This document shows, one piece after another, positions 11,955-25,004 of a DNA stretch of 64,000 nucleotides; the first letter of the stretch is position 1; the number at the start of each line of letters is the position of its first letter. A program made the translations under genes and the position numbers. The DNA is from Octopus vulgaris (lineage: Eukaryota). Location: assembly GCA_951406725.2 (NCBI GenBank), contig OX597814.1, forward strand, positions 113,026,001-113,090,000, in the 5' to 3' direction. Under the pieces are notes generated by a model, which did no database searches, was not told where the DNA came from, and saw nothing but the letters and a program-made list of their open reading frames with translations.

Positions 11955-13085
11955 TAAGATTTCTCCCTTCTTTTTTCATACATACATACATACATTTGTC
12001 TACCGTTTAAATGTTTTGAACTTATAACCACCAATCTGCTTTGCTTTCCTTTTCTTTCTACATGCCACCCTAAAAACATCGCCATTCCCGCCCGTTTCTC
12101 TAAAAGTTCAACCTTCGCATATTCCCTTTAATTCGATCTCCACCATTCACTATCATTTCTTCCCCTGGCTTACAGCGATGTCCATGAGCAGGCTAAGATT
12201 TCTCCCTTCTTTTTTCATACATACATACATACATTTGTCTACCGTTTAAATGTTTTGAACTTATAACCACCAATCTACTTTGCTTTCCTTTTCTTTCTAC
12301 ATGCCACCCTAAAAACATCGCCATTCCCGCCCGTTTCTCTAAAAGTTCAACCTTCGCATATTCCCTTTAATTCGATCTCCACCATTCACTATCATTTCTT
12401 CCCCTGGCTTACAGCGATGTCCATGAGCAGGCTAAGATTTCTCCCTTCTTTTTTCATACATACATACATACATTTGTCTACCGTTTAAATGTTTTGAACT
12501 TATAACCACCAATCTGCTTTGCTTTCCTTTTCTTTCTACATGCCACCCTAAAAACATCGCCATTCCCGCCCGTTTCTCTAAAAGTTCAACCTTCGCATAT
12601 TCCCTTTAATTCGATCTCCACCATTCACTATCATTTCTTCCCCTGGCTTACAGCGATGTCCATGAGCAGGCTAAGATTTCTCCCTTCTTTTTTCATACAT
12701 ACATACATACATACATTTGTCTACCGTTTAAATGTTTTGAACTTATAACCACCAATCTGCTTTGCTTTCCTTTTCTTTCTACATGCCACCCTAAAAACAT
12801 CGCCATTCCCGCCCGTTTCTCTAAAAGTTCAACCTTCGCATATTCCCTTTAATTCGATCTCCACCATTCACTATCATTTCTTCCCCTGGCTTACAGCGAT
12901 GTCCATGAGCAGGCTAAGATTTCTCCCTTCTTTTTTCATACATACATACATACATTTGTCTACCGTTTAAATGTTTTGAACTTATAACCACCAATCTGCT
13001 TTGCTTTCCTTTTCTTTCTACATGCCACCCTAAAAACATCGCCATTCCCGCCCGTTTCTCTAAAGTTCAACCTTCGCATATTCCC
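11955..13085. repeat. Near-identical tandem array, 239-bp unit, about 4.7 copies
   Basis: TAAGATTTCTCCC starts at 11955, 12194, 12433, 12672 and 12915. One unit carries an extra CATA. Confidence 0.95.
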
Positions 13086-13643
13086 GGTGCACCCGCCCTT
13101 GCCCACCCCCACCACCAATACCGGATATCTCTATATTTTTGTTCCATCTATACCGGATGTCGCTTCTCCCACCACCATTATAGGTGTCTACTCTTCGAAC
13201 CCCCTCTTCAACACGCTATTTCACCATGCATTACCCTCTCTTGATATCCTACGTTCTACTTGCCTAGAACCTGTCATCATTTCTCTGAACCACCCCTCCC
13301 CACTGGTGCTCTCCTATATATTTCTGCATACCCCCCCCCCCCACATAAAAAGCACCATCCGAACGTGGCCGATGCCAGACCCCTCTGGCACCTGTGCAGG
13401 TGGCACGTAAAAAACACCCACTACACTCGCGGAGTGGTTGGCGTTAGGAAGGGCATCCAGCTGTAGAAACACTGCCAGACTAGACTGGAGCCTGTGGCAG
13501 TCCCGAGCTCCCCAGACCCCGGTCGAAACCGTCCAACCCGTGCTAGCGCGGAAAACGGACGTTAAACGATGATGATGATGATGATGATGATAATATCGAA
13601 AAATACCTTAGGAATGAGAACCTAGGTTCAAAATTTCCCCAAA

Positions 13644-13688
13644 ACACCTGATGAAGGCTTGGAGGGTATATCAGCTGAAACATGTTAA
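13644..13688 (+). ncRNA. Minimal type I hammerhead ribozyme motif of the Penelope-like repeat (representative copy)
   Basis: Family consensus GACAC-CTGATGA-A-GGCTGG-loop-TCAGCC-GAAAC-GTT-GTGTT, built from about 10 arms. Each individual copy carries substitutions. Confidence 0.7.
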
Positions 13689-16135
13689 CAACAAACAAGA
13701 TGAGGACAAATATCCATCAAATGTGAATAATGTAAATAATATACATAATTCCTCATCTCTTAACTAACCCATGGGCATATGGTGTAGTGGTTAAGAGTGC
13801 AGGCTACTAACCCCAAGATTCTGAGTTTGATTCCAGGCAGTGACCTGAATAATAATGATAATTATAATAATAATAATGATATCGAAAAATACCTTAGGAA
13901 TGAGAACTCAGGTTCGAAATTTCCCCAAGACACTTGATTAAGGCTGGAGGGTATATCTGCTGAAATGTGTTAACAACAAACAAGATGAGGACAAATATCC
14001 GTCAAATGTAAATAATTAATATACATAATTCCTCATCTGAAATATAGAACTCAAACATGTTAATGTTCTTGTTATCCCTTCTGGGGAGTTAACAGTTGGT
14101 TTTCTTTTCATAGCATTGTGTTGTAACCGTGACAACAGCACTTTGTCCTCAGTGACCTGTTTTCCATCCAGCAGTAAATTGTAGAGATATTGACTTGCTA
14201 ATGGTGTGTGTACTTAGCAATAATGCTGGCCTCAAACCTTTTGTTGGAGTATTTCTCTTGAAAGACAATGCCTTTGTTCTTTATTACTTTTGGAAATAAT
14301 GAAGAATTTGCTGAAATAACTTTGTCATTGTTAAGATGATGTTTGGAATATATATTAACATCATCATCGTCATTTAACGTCCGCTTTCCATGCTGGCATG
14401 GATTGGACGGTTTGACTGAGGACCGGCAAGCCAGAAGGCTGCACCAGACTTCAGTCTGATCTGACAATGTTTCTACAACTGGATGTCCTTCCTAATGCCA
14501 ACTACTCCAAGAGTGTAGTGGGTGGTTTTTAAGTTCCGCTGGTACAAGGGCCAGTCAGGTGGCACTGGCATTGACCACGTTCGAATGGTACTTTTTAAGT
14601 GCCAACAGCATGGGAGCCAGTCGAGCGGAACTGGCAATGATTACACTCGAATGGTGCATTTTACATGCCACCAGCACAGGACCAGTTAGCCGACACTGGC
14701 ATCGACCACGCTTGAATGGTGCTTTTTATGTACTACCAGCACGGAAACCAATCAAGCAAAACTGGCAATGATCATGCTCGGATGGTGCTTTTTACATGCC
14801 GCCGGCACTGGCATCGACCACGCTTGAATCTTGCTTTTTACGTGCCACCAGCACGGGAGCCAATCAGGCGGAACTGGTAATGATCATTCTCAAATGGTGC
14901 TTTTTACATACCACCGGCATGAGCATCGACCACGCTCGAATGGTGCTTTTTATGTACCACCAGCACAGGAGCCAGTCAGGCAGCACTAGTAATGATCATG
15001 CTCAAATGGTGCTTTTTATGTACCGGTGGCCCTGGCAAGTCAGGCGGCACTGGCAGTGAATTTTTAATAGGTTTTTACTTAAATCACTTTAACCCTTTTG
15101 TTCAGATATATTTCCTTTGTTACAATTAGTGTTCAGAACAATGAAGAATTTAGTAAACTCACTTTGTCAATTAGTTATCTGATGTTTAGAACATACATCA
15201 AGGCTTTAGTTTAGATCACTTTAACCTCTTAATACCAATCTGCCTGCGGTACCCTGGTAATATGATATAAACTTGTTTTCAGGTGGTGCCTTGTAAAAAG
15301 TTCTGGTGCCATGTAAAAAGCCTTCCTTTCGAGTGTTGGGCCTCACAGAGGCAATGACTGACACCTTTGGCATTGTCATGTTTGAGAAGGAGACCCATCA
15401 GGCTGAGCAAAATCGTAGTTGTGGCAGATACCGGTGTCACGTAAGTGGCACCCGTGCTGGTGGTACATAAAAGCACCCATTACACTCTTGGAGTGGTTGG
15501 TGTTAGGAAGAGCATCCAGCTGTAGGAAACCATGCCAAATCGGACTGGAGTCTGGTGCAGCCTTCCAGCCCAATCAAACCATCCAACCCATGCCAGCATG
15601 GATAACGGACGTTAAATGATGATGATGATGTAAGAGGTGTCACCTTGTATGGAAGGTCAAAATTTCATCCATGTTTTAAAGTTAAAAACACATTGAAAAA
15701 GTATGGAAACCTATTACCTACTTTGGTTTATCCTAATATTTTTACTTGTTTCAGTCATTAAACTGTGGCTATGCTGAGGCACTGCCTTAAAGAATTGATA
15801 CCAGTACTTATTTTTTTTTAAAGTCTGGTACATATTTTATTGGTGTCTTTTGCCAAACCGCTAAGTTATGGGGGACATAAACACACCAATGCCAGTTGTC
15901 AAACGGTGGTGGGGACAACAAAGACACACACACACACATGTATATATGACAGGTTTCCATCTACCAAATCCACTTAAAAGGGTTTGGTCAGCTCAAGGGT
16001 ATAGCAGAAGACAATTGGCCAAAGTGCCATGTACTGGGACTGAACCTGCAACCATGTGGTTGGGAAGCAAGCTTCTTACCACACAACCACATATATATAT
16101 TTGTGTATTTTATTGAATTTTTTCCTGTTTTGCAG

Positions 16136-16250
16136 ATGCTTTCGTCATTCTATGGAAGATGGGTGATACACTTTCTGCAAATGTTGGAAACATATTCCAG
16201 GAAGAAGAAGAAGACAATAAGGAGACTTGGCTTCTACATAAGGTTTTAAG
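16136..16250 (+). CDS. CHAF1B: CHAF1B coding exon 4 (DAFVILWKMGDTLSANVGNIFQEEEEDNKETWLLHKVLR)
   Basis: ttgcag| and AG|gtgagt; 115 nt, phase 1 to 2. Matches the D-A-x-I-L-W-K ... NKExW ... K-x-LR pattern of p60. Confidence 0.93.
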
Positions 16251-18233
16251 GTGAGTAAATAAAAAAAACGGGTTAATAGTCCCTTGTTTTGTGATTGATG
16301 TCTCCTGATTAAAGATTTAGGAGTTCACTGCTGGCAGAGCTCAAGAAAAGGTCTAGGTGAGGGATGAGGTGAAGAAACATGCCCTTTGAATGTTGGGCCT
16401 CATGGAGGCAGCAACAAGTGACCAAGACCTTTGGCAATATGCTGTACTTGAAGGGCGGCGAGCTGGAAGAAATGTTAGCTTGCCAGGCAAAATGCTAAGT
16501 GGTATTTCATCTGTCTTTACGTTCTAAGTTCAAATTCCGTCGAGGTCAACTTTGCTTTTCATCCTTACGGGGTCGGTAAATTAAGTACCACTTGCGTACT
16601 GGGGTTGATTTAATTGTCTGGTCCCTCCTGCATAATTTCGGGCCTTGTACCTAGAGAAGAAAAGAATAATGATAGAAATAGGGCAGCAAGCTGGCGGAAA
16701 CATTAGCATGCCAGGCGAAATGCTTTGCGGTATTTCGTCTGTCTTTACGTTCTGTGTTCAAATTCCGCCAAGGTCAGCTTTGCCTTTCATCCTTTCGGAG
16801 TCGATTAAATAAGTACCAGTCACGCACTGGGGTCGATATAATCAGCTTAATCCGTTTGTCTGTCCTTGTTTGTCCTCTCTATGTTTAGCCCCCTGTGGGT
16901 AGTAAAGAAATAGGTATTTCATCTGTCTTTATGTTCTGAGTTCAAATTCCGCTGAGGTCGACTTTGCTTTTCATCCTTTCAGGGTTGATAAATTAAGTAC
17001 CAGTTGTATACTGGGTTGATTTAATTGACTGGCCCCTCCTGCAAAATTTTGGGCCTTGTGCCTAGTGTATAAAAGAATATGCTGTGCATGAGAAGACTTG
17101 TCAAACCAAGTGAAACTGTAGTTGTGGCCATTGACAGTGTTATGTAAACGGCACCCATGCTGGTGGCGTGTAAAATGCACTTGTTACACTCTTGGAAGGG
17201 CATCCAGTCATAGAAGCCATGCCAAATTAGACTGGAGCTTGGTGCAGCTCTCCAGCTAACCAGTCCCGCTCAAACCGTCCAACCCATGCCAGCATGGAGA
17301 ATGGATGTTTGACGACGACGACGGTATATATACACACACACACCAGGCGCTTATTTATGTATAAACCTCACTATCTGTGACATTATTTGTTTTCAGACCC
17401 TGGCACCCTCAATTATCTCGCATCTGTCGTCATTTAATGTGCATTTTTCCATGCTTGCATGGGTCAGATGGAATTTAAGGCAAGATTCCCTTCCCGTTGC
17501 CAAACCTTACCTCTTTCCAAGCAAAGTAATACTTCCCTATGGCTAGACAAGTTTCCATAGAATATTGGAAATGACCTGCCTCGCCTTACTAATTGTTACC
17601 TACCTACCTGTGCTGCCTTACTGGCACTTGTGCTCATGGCACGTAAAAAAACATTTGAGCGAGGTCCTTGCCAGTGCCACTGGACTGGCTCCCGTGCTGG
17701 TGGCACATAAAAAGCACCATTTGAGCGTGACCGCTGCCAGTACCACCTGACTGGCCCTCATGCTGGTGGCACGTAAAAGCACCCACTACACTCTCAGAGT
17801 GGTTGGCATTAGGAAGGGCATCCAGCTGTAGAAATTCTGCCAGATCAAGATTGGAGCCTGGTGCAGCCAACTGGTTCGCCAGACCTCAAATCGTCTAACC
17901 CATGCGAACATGGAAAGTGGTCATTGAACGACGATGATGATGATATGACAGTGACACTCATTTACAACTAAAATCTGATGTTAAGACAGAGACACACACA
18001 CAAATGTACAGACACATATAGCACATGATGGGCTTCATTGTTTATGAAGTGTTATTGTTCACGGAGTGTTAACATTCATCTGCCCATGTTCAGTGTTAAC
18101 ATTGTTCATTGACCAGTGTTTATGGAATGTTAAAGCCATTCATTTGCTAATGTTCACTGTTGTTAAACACAGATTTTTTTCATTTATCGATGTTAAGCAT
18201 AAGGACCAACAAATATTGTCTTTCATTTTTCAG

Positions 18234-18337
18234 GGGTCATCTTGAAGATATCTATGATTTGTGTTGGTCAGCTGACAGCCGTTTCATTGTGACAGGGTCT
18301 GTCGATAACAGTGCTATTATCTGGGATATAACCAAAG
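18234..18337 (+). CDS. CHAF1B: CHAF1B coding exon 5 (GHLEDIYDLCWSADSRFIVTGSVDNSAIIWDITK)
   Basis: Canonical GH...WD repeat. tttcag| and G|gtagga; 104 nt, phase 2 to 1. Confidence 0.96.
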
Positions 18338-19778
18338 GTAGGAACCAACTTTTATCTCCCTTTCACCCACCCCTTATCTCTATGGCAACCTCATTCTTTT
18401 CTTAACCTCATTAACATTACTAATGAGCATTTGGTAAATGATACGGAAGCCACTAAATTTGCCAACTCTTCTTGCCGAAGCAAATGGCCTGGACCCTTGT
18501 ACCAAGGACTCATCATCATCATCATCGTTTAACGTCCGTTTTCCATTCTAGCATGGGTTGGACGGTTTGACCAGGGTCTTGGAAGCCAGGAGACTGCACC
18601 AGGAGACTGCACCAAGCCCAGTCTGATCTGGCAGTATTTCGACAGCTGGGTGCTTTTTACGTGCCAGGGGAGGCTGGCAGCGGCCACGGGACTGTAAAGG
18701 AATATAAATTTAATATATTATACTGTCTTTCAATCATAATCAAAATCGGTTGATGTTTACACAATATTGTTTTCTACTCTAGGCACAAGCCCCGAAATGT
18801 TTGGGGAGAGGGCCAGTCGATTAGATCAATCCCAGTACACAACTGGTACTTAATTTGTTGATGCCGAAAGGATGAAAGGCAAAGTCGACCTCATTGGAAT
18901 TTGAACTCAGAACATAAAGACATGAAATACCGCTAAGCATTTCACCCAGCTTGCTAACATTTCTTATTTCTTTATTGCCCACAAGGGGCTAAACATAGAG
19001 GGGACAAACAAGGATTAAGTTGATTACATTGACTCCAGTGCGTAACTGGTACTTAATTTATCGACCCCGAAAGGATGAAAGGCAAAGTCGACCTCGGCGT
19101 AAATTTGAACTCAGAATGTAACGGCAGAGCAATACCTATTTCTTTACTACCCACATGAGGCTACATACAGAGGGGACAAACAAGGACAGTCAAATGGATT
19201 AAGTCGATTATATCGACCCCAGTGTGTAATTGGTACTTATTTAATCAACACTGAAAGGATGAAAAGCAAAGTCGACCTTGGCGGAATTTGAACTCAGAAC
19301 GTAGCGGCAGACGAAATACTGCTAAGCAATTCACCCGGTGTGCTAACGTTTCTGCCAGCTTGAGCCGCCTTTCTGTGGCAGCTTCATTCACCAAATGGAT
19401 TGTTGTTGTTGTTTTTGTTGCTACTAATTGGTTTATTGTCTGAAGAAATGTTTTGGCTTTGGAATTCTCTGCAACTTGGTGGAAGAGTTTAGCAATTTAC
19501 TTTTAGTTTTCAACCTTGTTTTGTTCATTGGATTGCGGCCCTGCTGGGGAAAACACCTTAAAGGGTTTTTTTGTTGAGCAAATCGACCCCAGTTCTTTAT
19601 TCTATTAGTTTCTTTTACCATGGCTGTGTAGTAAGAGGTTTGCTTCCCTACCACATGGTTCTATGGTTCTGAGTTCAGTCCCACTGTGTGGCACCTTGAG
19701 CAAAGTGTCTTATTTTGTAGCCGACCAAAGCCTAGTGAATGGATTTGATAGGCAGAAACTGAAAGAAAGCTGTTGTAG

Positions 19779-19794
19779 ATGTGTATGTATGTAA

Positions 19795-19842
<48 letters not shown>

Positions 19843-19959
19843 ATGTATGTATATGTGTGTGTGTGTGTGTATGTATGTGTGTGTGTGTGTATGTATGTAT
19901 ATGTGTGTGTGTGTGTGTATGTATGTATATGTGTGTGTGTGTGTGTGTATGTATGTATA

Positions 19960-19998
<39 letters not shown>

Positions 19999-20042
19999 GT
20001 GTGTGTATGTATGTATATGTGTGTGTGTGTGTGTATGTATGT

Positions 20043-20076
<34 letters not shown>

Positions 20077-20131
20077 ATGTGTGTGTGTGTGTGTGTATGT
20101 ATGTATATGTGTGTGTGTGTATGTATGTATA

Positions 20132-20162
<31 letters not shown>

Positions 20163-20261
20163 ATGTGTGTGTGTGTGTGTATGTATGTATATATGTATGT
20201 GCTTGTATGTATGTATATGTATATATATATGTATGTGTGTGTGTGTGTATGTATGTATGTA

Positions 20262-20320
<59 letters not shown>

Positions 20321-20332
20321 GTATATATATAT
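19779..20332. repeat. Compound (TA)/(TG)/(TATG) microsatellite
   Basis: Directly visible; lies inside a family A SINE. Confidence 0.95.
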
Positions 20333-22079
20333 TGCCAGCCTCGCCTGGCACCTGTGCAGGTGGCACGTAAAAAGCACCCACTACACTCATGGAGTGGTTG
20401 GCGTTAGGAAGGGCATCCAGCTGTAGAAACATTGCCAGATAAGACTGGAGCCTGGTGCAGCCTTCTGGCTTCCCAGATCCCCGGTCGAACCGTCCAACCC
20501 ATGCTAGCATGGAGAACGGACGTTAAACGATGATGATGATGATATATACACGTGTCTGTGTATGTGGTTGTTTCTGTTTGTCTTCCACTACTGCTTGATA
20601 CCGGAATTGGTGTATTTACGTCCCTATAGCTTAGCGATGCGACAAAAGATTAAGTACCAGGTTTAAAAAAGTAAATACTGGTATCAATTCGTAAGACTAT
20701 AATTCTTTTGGCCGGTGCCCCAGCATGGTCCCAGTCTAATGATTGAAAAAGAGCTACCAAATAAATTACTTAGTAAAACCTTAAGCTAAGGGAGGTAACT
20801 CTTGTAAAACTTTGACTCATATCAATTATACGACATTAAAACAACTCACAGTCGCTCGACTTGTTAGAAATAGCAACCCAAATGCTTTTGAGTCAGACTA
20901 AGAAGCATTAAATAATGTAGTCCTTGATACACTATGAATGGGTGGTTTTAGAGGAAAGAAGTAAAGGATTTAGTAATCTGAAAGTCAACTGGAAATTTCA
21001 TTTTTGTATTTAAGTATTTGTAATGATGTGACATCATCGTTTAACATTCAAATTTTTTCATACTTGCATGTGCCAGATAATTTGTTGAGGTAGATTTTTT
21101 TACAGTTGGATACCCTTCCTGTTGCCAACCATCGCTTGTTTCCATATAACCAGACCTGTTTTTTTTTGTGGAAGACTGGAAATAACAGCTTCACTTGTAT
21201 GACAATTGTATTCATTTACAACCATTGCCTGATGTCAAGACAAGATTACACACTCATTTATACGTAATCATCATCATCGTTTAACGTCTGCTTTCCATAC
21301 TAGCATGGGTTGGACGATTTTGACTGAGGACTGGCGAACCAGATGGCTGCACCAAGCTCCAATCTTGATCTGGCAGAGTTTCTACAGCTTGATGCCCTTC
21401 CTAACGCCAACCACTCTGAGAGTGTAGTGGGTGCTTTTATGTGCCACTGGCACGAGGGCCAGTCTGGTAGTACTGGCAACGGCCACACTCGAATGATGCT
21501 TTTTACGTGCCACCTGCACAGGAGTCAGTCCAGCGGCACTGTCAACGACCTCGCTGGAATGTTTTGTTCATGTGCCAGTAAGGCGACGCTGGTAATGATT
21601 ATGCTCAAATGGTGCTTTTTACGTGCCACCAGCATGTGAGCCAGACAGCTGCTCTGGCAGTGAACCCGCTCGGATGGTACTCTTAGCGCTCCACTAGCAC
21701 AGATGCTAGTCATCGAATTTGGTTCAATTTCGATTTCACTTGCCCCAACAGGTCTTTCACAAGTAGAGTTTAGTGTCCAATGAAGGAAGGTTGGCATGGG
21801 TTCCAGTCGTCAAATTTGGTTCGATTTTGAATTCGAATTTCCATATAAGTAGACATGTTTTTGTTTTTTTTGTGGAAGACTGGAAATAAACAGCTTGTAT
21901 CACAATCGTATTCATTTACAACCATTGCCTGATGTCCAAGACAAGATTACACACTCATTTATATATGTAATAATAACAGTAATAATGAACTTATTGTATG
22001 CAGTGCTCAGGTGCACTACAACATATCAGTGAAAGCTTGCCAAAAGTGCATATAAAGTACATAACATAATGCACAAAAA

Positions 22080-22560
22080 AACCCAGGCTAGTGAACGGTA
22101 AATGAGTCATAATAAAAAAAAGAAACATCAGGTATAGTCTTTGCGAATTTAAGTTAGCATGGAAGTCCTGAAAGATGTAGAGTCCCAACAGCTAACAACT
22201 GATATGGAGAGTTTATTCCGTGCTTCAGCAATTCAGAGTGTGAAAATATGTTTCCAAAAGCCATGGGCGGTGCTGTGTTGTTTTCTGATTTTGTAAGTAT
22301 GTCCACAAGTGTTAGACATACAGAATTCTAAAAGGTGCCAAAGTTTTGTTTGGGAAAGATGGTGGATAATCCTGTGAGTGTTCTACCAAGTCAGTTGCTA
22401 GGCATCAGAGTTTTATTGTGTCCATGACCAGAGAAGCAAGCTGTTCAGATTATGGCAGATGCCTGGTGGTGGATATTCGTCTGGTTGCACGTTTCTGAAC
22501 AGTTGTCAGGAGATTAATATTTTGGACAAAAAGGGGTTTCAGGCTGGTGTTGTTAACTCT
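22080..22560 (-). mobile_element. Decayed CR1/L2-type LINE 3' fragment
   Basis: Reverse strand VQKRATRRISTTRHLP*SEQLASL resembles the CR1 VQRRATK...YEERL motif. Confidence 0.6.
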
Positions 22561-22859
22561 AGATGAGCTTCCTCACAGTTTCTGTCTGCCAAATCACTCA
22601 CAAGGCATTGATCAACCCATAACTATAGTTGAAGACACTTGCCCAAGGAGCCACGTAATGAGATTGAACCCAGAACAACATGGTTTGGAAGCAAGCCTTT
22701 TAACCTCAAGGCCACTGAGATTATAAATTATATTAATTAACTGTAACAATGTAAACTAAGGTTATTAATTACATGAAGAATTATTCTTTGGTTTCTTTAG
22801 TTTGAAATCTTTTGAATGTTCCAGAAATAATGGTTTGTATTTTATGATTATTTTTTCAG

Positions 22860-22956
22860 ATCAAAAAGTTTGTATATTCAAAGAGCATAAAAGTTTTGTG
22901 CAAGGAGTGAGTTGGGACCCTCTCAATGAATTTATTGCTACAATGAGTACAGATAG
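22860..22956 (+). CDS. CHAF1B: CHAF1B coding exon 6 ([33 protein letters not shown])
   Basis: EHKSxVQGVxWDPL motif. tttcag| and AG|gtatgt; 97 nt, phase 1 to 2. Confidence 0.96.
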
Positions 22957-22979
22957 GTATGTTATCTAATTCTTTCTTC

Positions 22980-23897
22980 CAGGGAGTCGGAGTTGTGGAG
23001 TCGGTAAACAACTAAGGGGTAGCTGGAGTCGGAGTCGGTAAAACTATATGGATTCTGACTCCGACTCACAATATCTTTATTCTTTAACTAGCAGTATCGC
23101 CCGGCGTTGCTTGGGTTTGTTTCGACCCTTTAGAATTGGAATTTTTGAAAAGTATAAATTTTGCATTATGTAGCTTGTTATTCTCTTTAAGTGATCATTT
23201 TTCTGGTTGAAATACACTGGTGACACAGCAGTCAAAAAATCGTAAAAAATAGGGATTTTCGTAGAAAAAACGCACTTTTTTGATGTAAATAATTTTTGGT
23301 CTTAACATGGTCTGATTCTATCATACTCTCAATTTTGGTCAACTTGCACCACAGGGTCTCGGAGGAGATAGTGTTAGTTGAAGGCTACCAAACCTGCCAT
23401 ACACAGACAACTTCAGCTTTATATATATAAAGATATAAACCAGTTATAACATATAGGCCTACTCAAAGTACAAGTGTATGCATAAGCTTTATGAGGTATG
23501 GAGACCACAATCACTTAATTACATGATGAGGAGTCGGAGTCAAACTTTTTTGTTTTGACTCCACAGCCTTTTTAATTAGTTTAGTAATTTGTTAAATACT
23601 GTATTGCTGTCGTCAGTTGATTCAATGAAGTAGCAGTCTCTATGTGGTCCACCAGACTGACTAGAAATAGCAGCCGAATATCTTTCAAATTGCCCTTTAC
23701 CATCTTATTAACGGATGGGAAGTACTAGATGATGTCGTCTTGGATATTAATGCAATACCTGAGAAATAGATGTTATGTCGAGGCTGACCTTGGGTTAAAA
23801 CAACAACAAAAGAAATCCCTCTAATTCCAAGATTTAAAGAGTCAGAAGTGCCATTAGTAGTCGGAGTCGAAGTATTTTGTTTTGATTCCACAGCCTT
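22980..23897. mobile_element. GGAGTC-repeat MITE-like element interrupted by other insertions
   Basis: GGAGTCGGAGT.. motifs at 22983-23070 and inverted GACTCCACAGCC-type ends at about 23560 and 23890. Confidence 0.45.
23088..23433 (-). mobile_element. Non-autonomous Helitron
   Basis: On the - strand A|TC...CTAG|T with a GC hairpin (CCCAAGCAACGCCGGG) about 10 nt before CTAG. Second copy at 52036-52422. Confidence 0.75.
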
Positions 23898-24390
23898 GCT
23901 TTCTTCAATGGGGTTTGCAGGTGTCTGTGCGTGATACATGAATACGCACATGCATAGAAAGCAGATTACTCTGCCAAATGCAATGCTTATTTATTCACAT
24001 TGTTTTGGATTGATTGTGCACTATCTCAGAGCTTTGAGATTTCGATGCTGGTGTTTTTATGTCCCTGAAATTTAGCAGTTCTCCAAAACGAGACTGATAG
24101 AATAAGTACTAGGCTTACAAAGAATAAGTCCTGAGGTCGATTTCTTTGTTTAAAGGCGGTGCTCCAGCATGGACACAGTCAAAAGAAAGAACATATTCGT
24201 TTGCTTAATTAAATTCTTTGGACAATATTGCTCAAGTTTGAAATAAAATTATATTAATATTTGTCTAGCTACATAAATTATAACCCTAATCAGCATATAC
24301 TTAGATAAATTATAACTCTAATTGGCATACATTTACATAAATCATAACAGCATGCAGCATAAATTTACATAAATTATAAGTAAAAACTTA

Positions 24391-25004
24391 TCTATAATAT
24401 AAATTGGACATGGACGATCGTTGTATTCTTTCTTGTCTTGAGGTTCACAGCCAAACAGCTGGGTGGATTCACATGAAAAATGGCACATATATGCAGACGG
24501 GTGCATACATTGGAATGTGATTTGTATTTTTTTCCTAGCCCCCATACTTACCGAGAATATTGATTAAAACTTTTTCTAATGGAATTCCTGTTTGTTTCGC
24601 CATTGAAACAACCACTTGCTCACACAGCTGGCATATACCATTTCACTAGCAACAAGGGGAGTACAGGATGACAGTCAGCCAAAACTTTAGCTATGCTGTC
24701 TCTCTTCTTCTCTCTCACATACACATGCGCAAGCACAGATGCACACACATACACACACATCCATTTCAAATCAATGTTTTAATGAATAGATAGAGATTCA
24801 ATAGAATAGCTCTCAGAAACAGACTACGTACAAATTCTTTCTTCACAACTCCTGAAGCTGTTTTATGACAAGGAGGAGGCTCCAATTGAAACAGGGGACC
24901 TGAAATGATAAGGTTGAGAAACACTGTTATAGATTATGCCTAAACGAAAACGATCATAGCCACATCATCCAAACAGACCGGGTGAAACCGGGCTTAGCTG
25001 CTAG
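24391..25004 (+). mobile_element. Candidate non-autonomous Helitron (different family)
   Basis: A|TCTATAATAT at 24391; CCGGGTGAAACCGG hairpin then CTAG|T at 25001-25005. Confidence 0.5.

Larger units (their letters stand above)
11600..14052 (+). mobile_element. Penelope-like insertion: inverted arm + two tandem terminal-repeat units, with nested 1.6-kb insertion
   Basis: Inverted arm about 11607-11828. Unit 1 runs about 11827-13763 (interrupted at 11955-13590), unit 2 13764-14051. TSD AAACATGTTAAT at 11588-11599 and 14053-14064. Confidence 0.82.

Noticed and set aside
19661-20510. Long ORFs rich in YI/HT/VC (also 30.9, 50.3-51.1 and 57-59.7 kb)
   Set aside because: Translations of TA/TG/CA microsatellites, open only because stops are absent.
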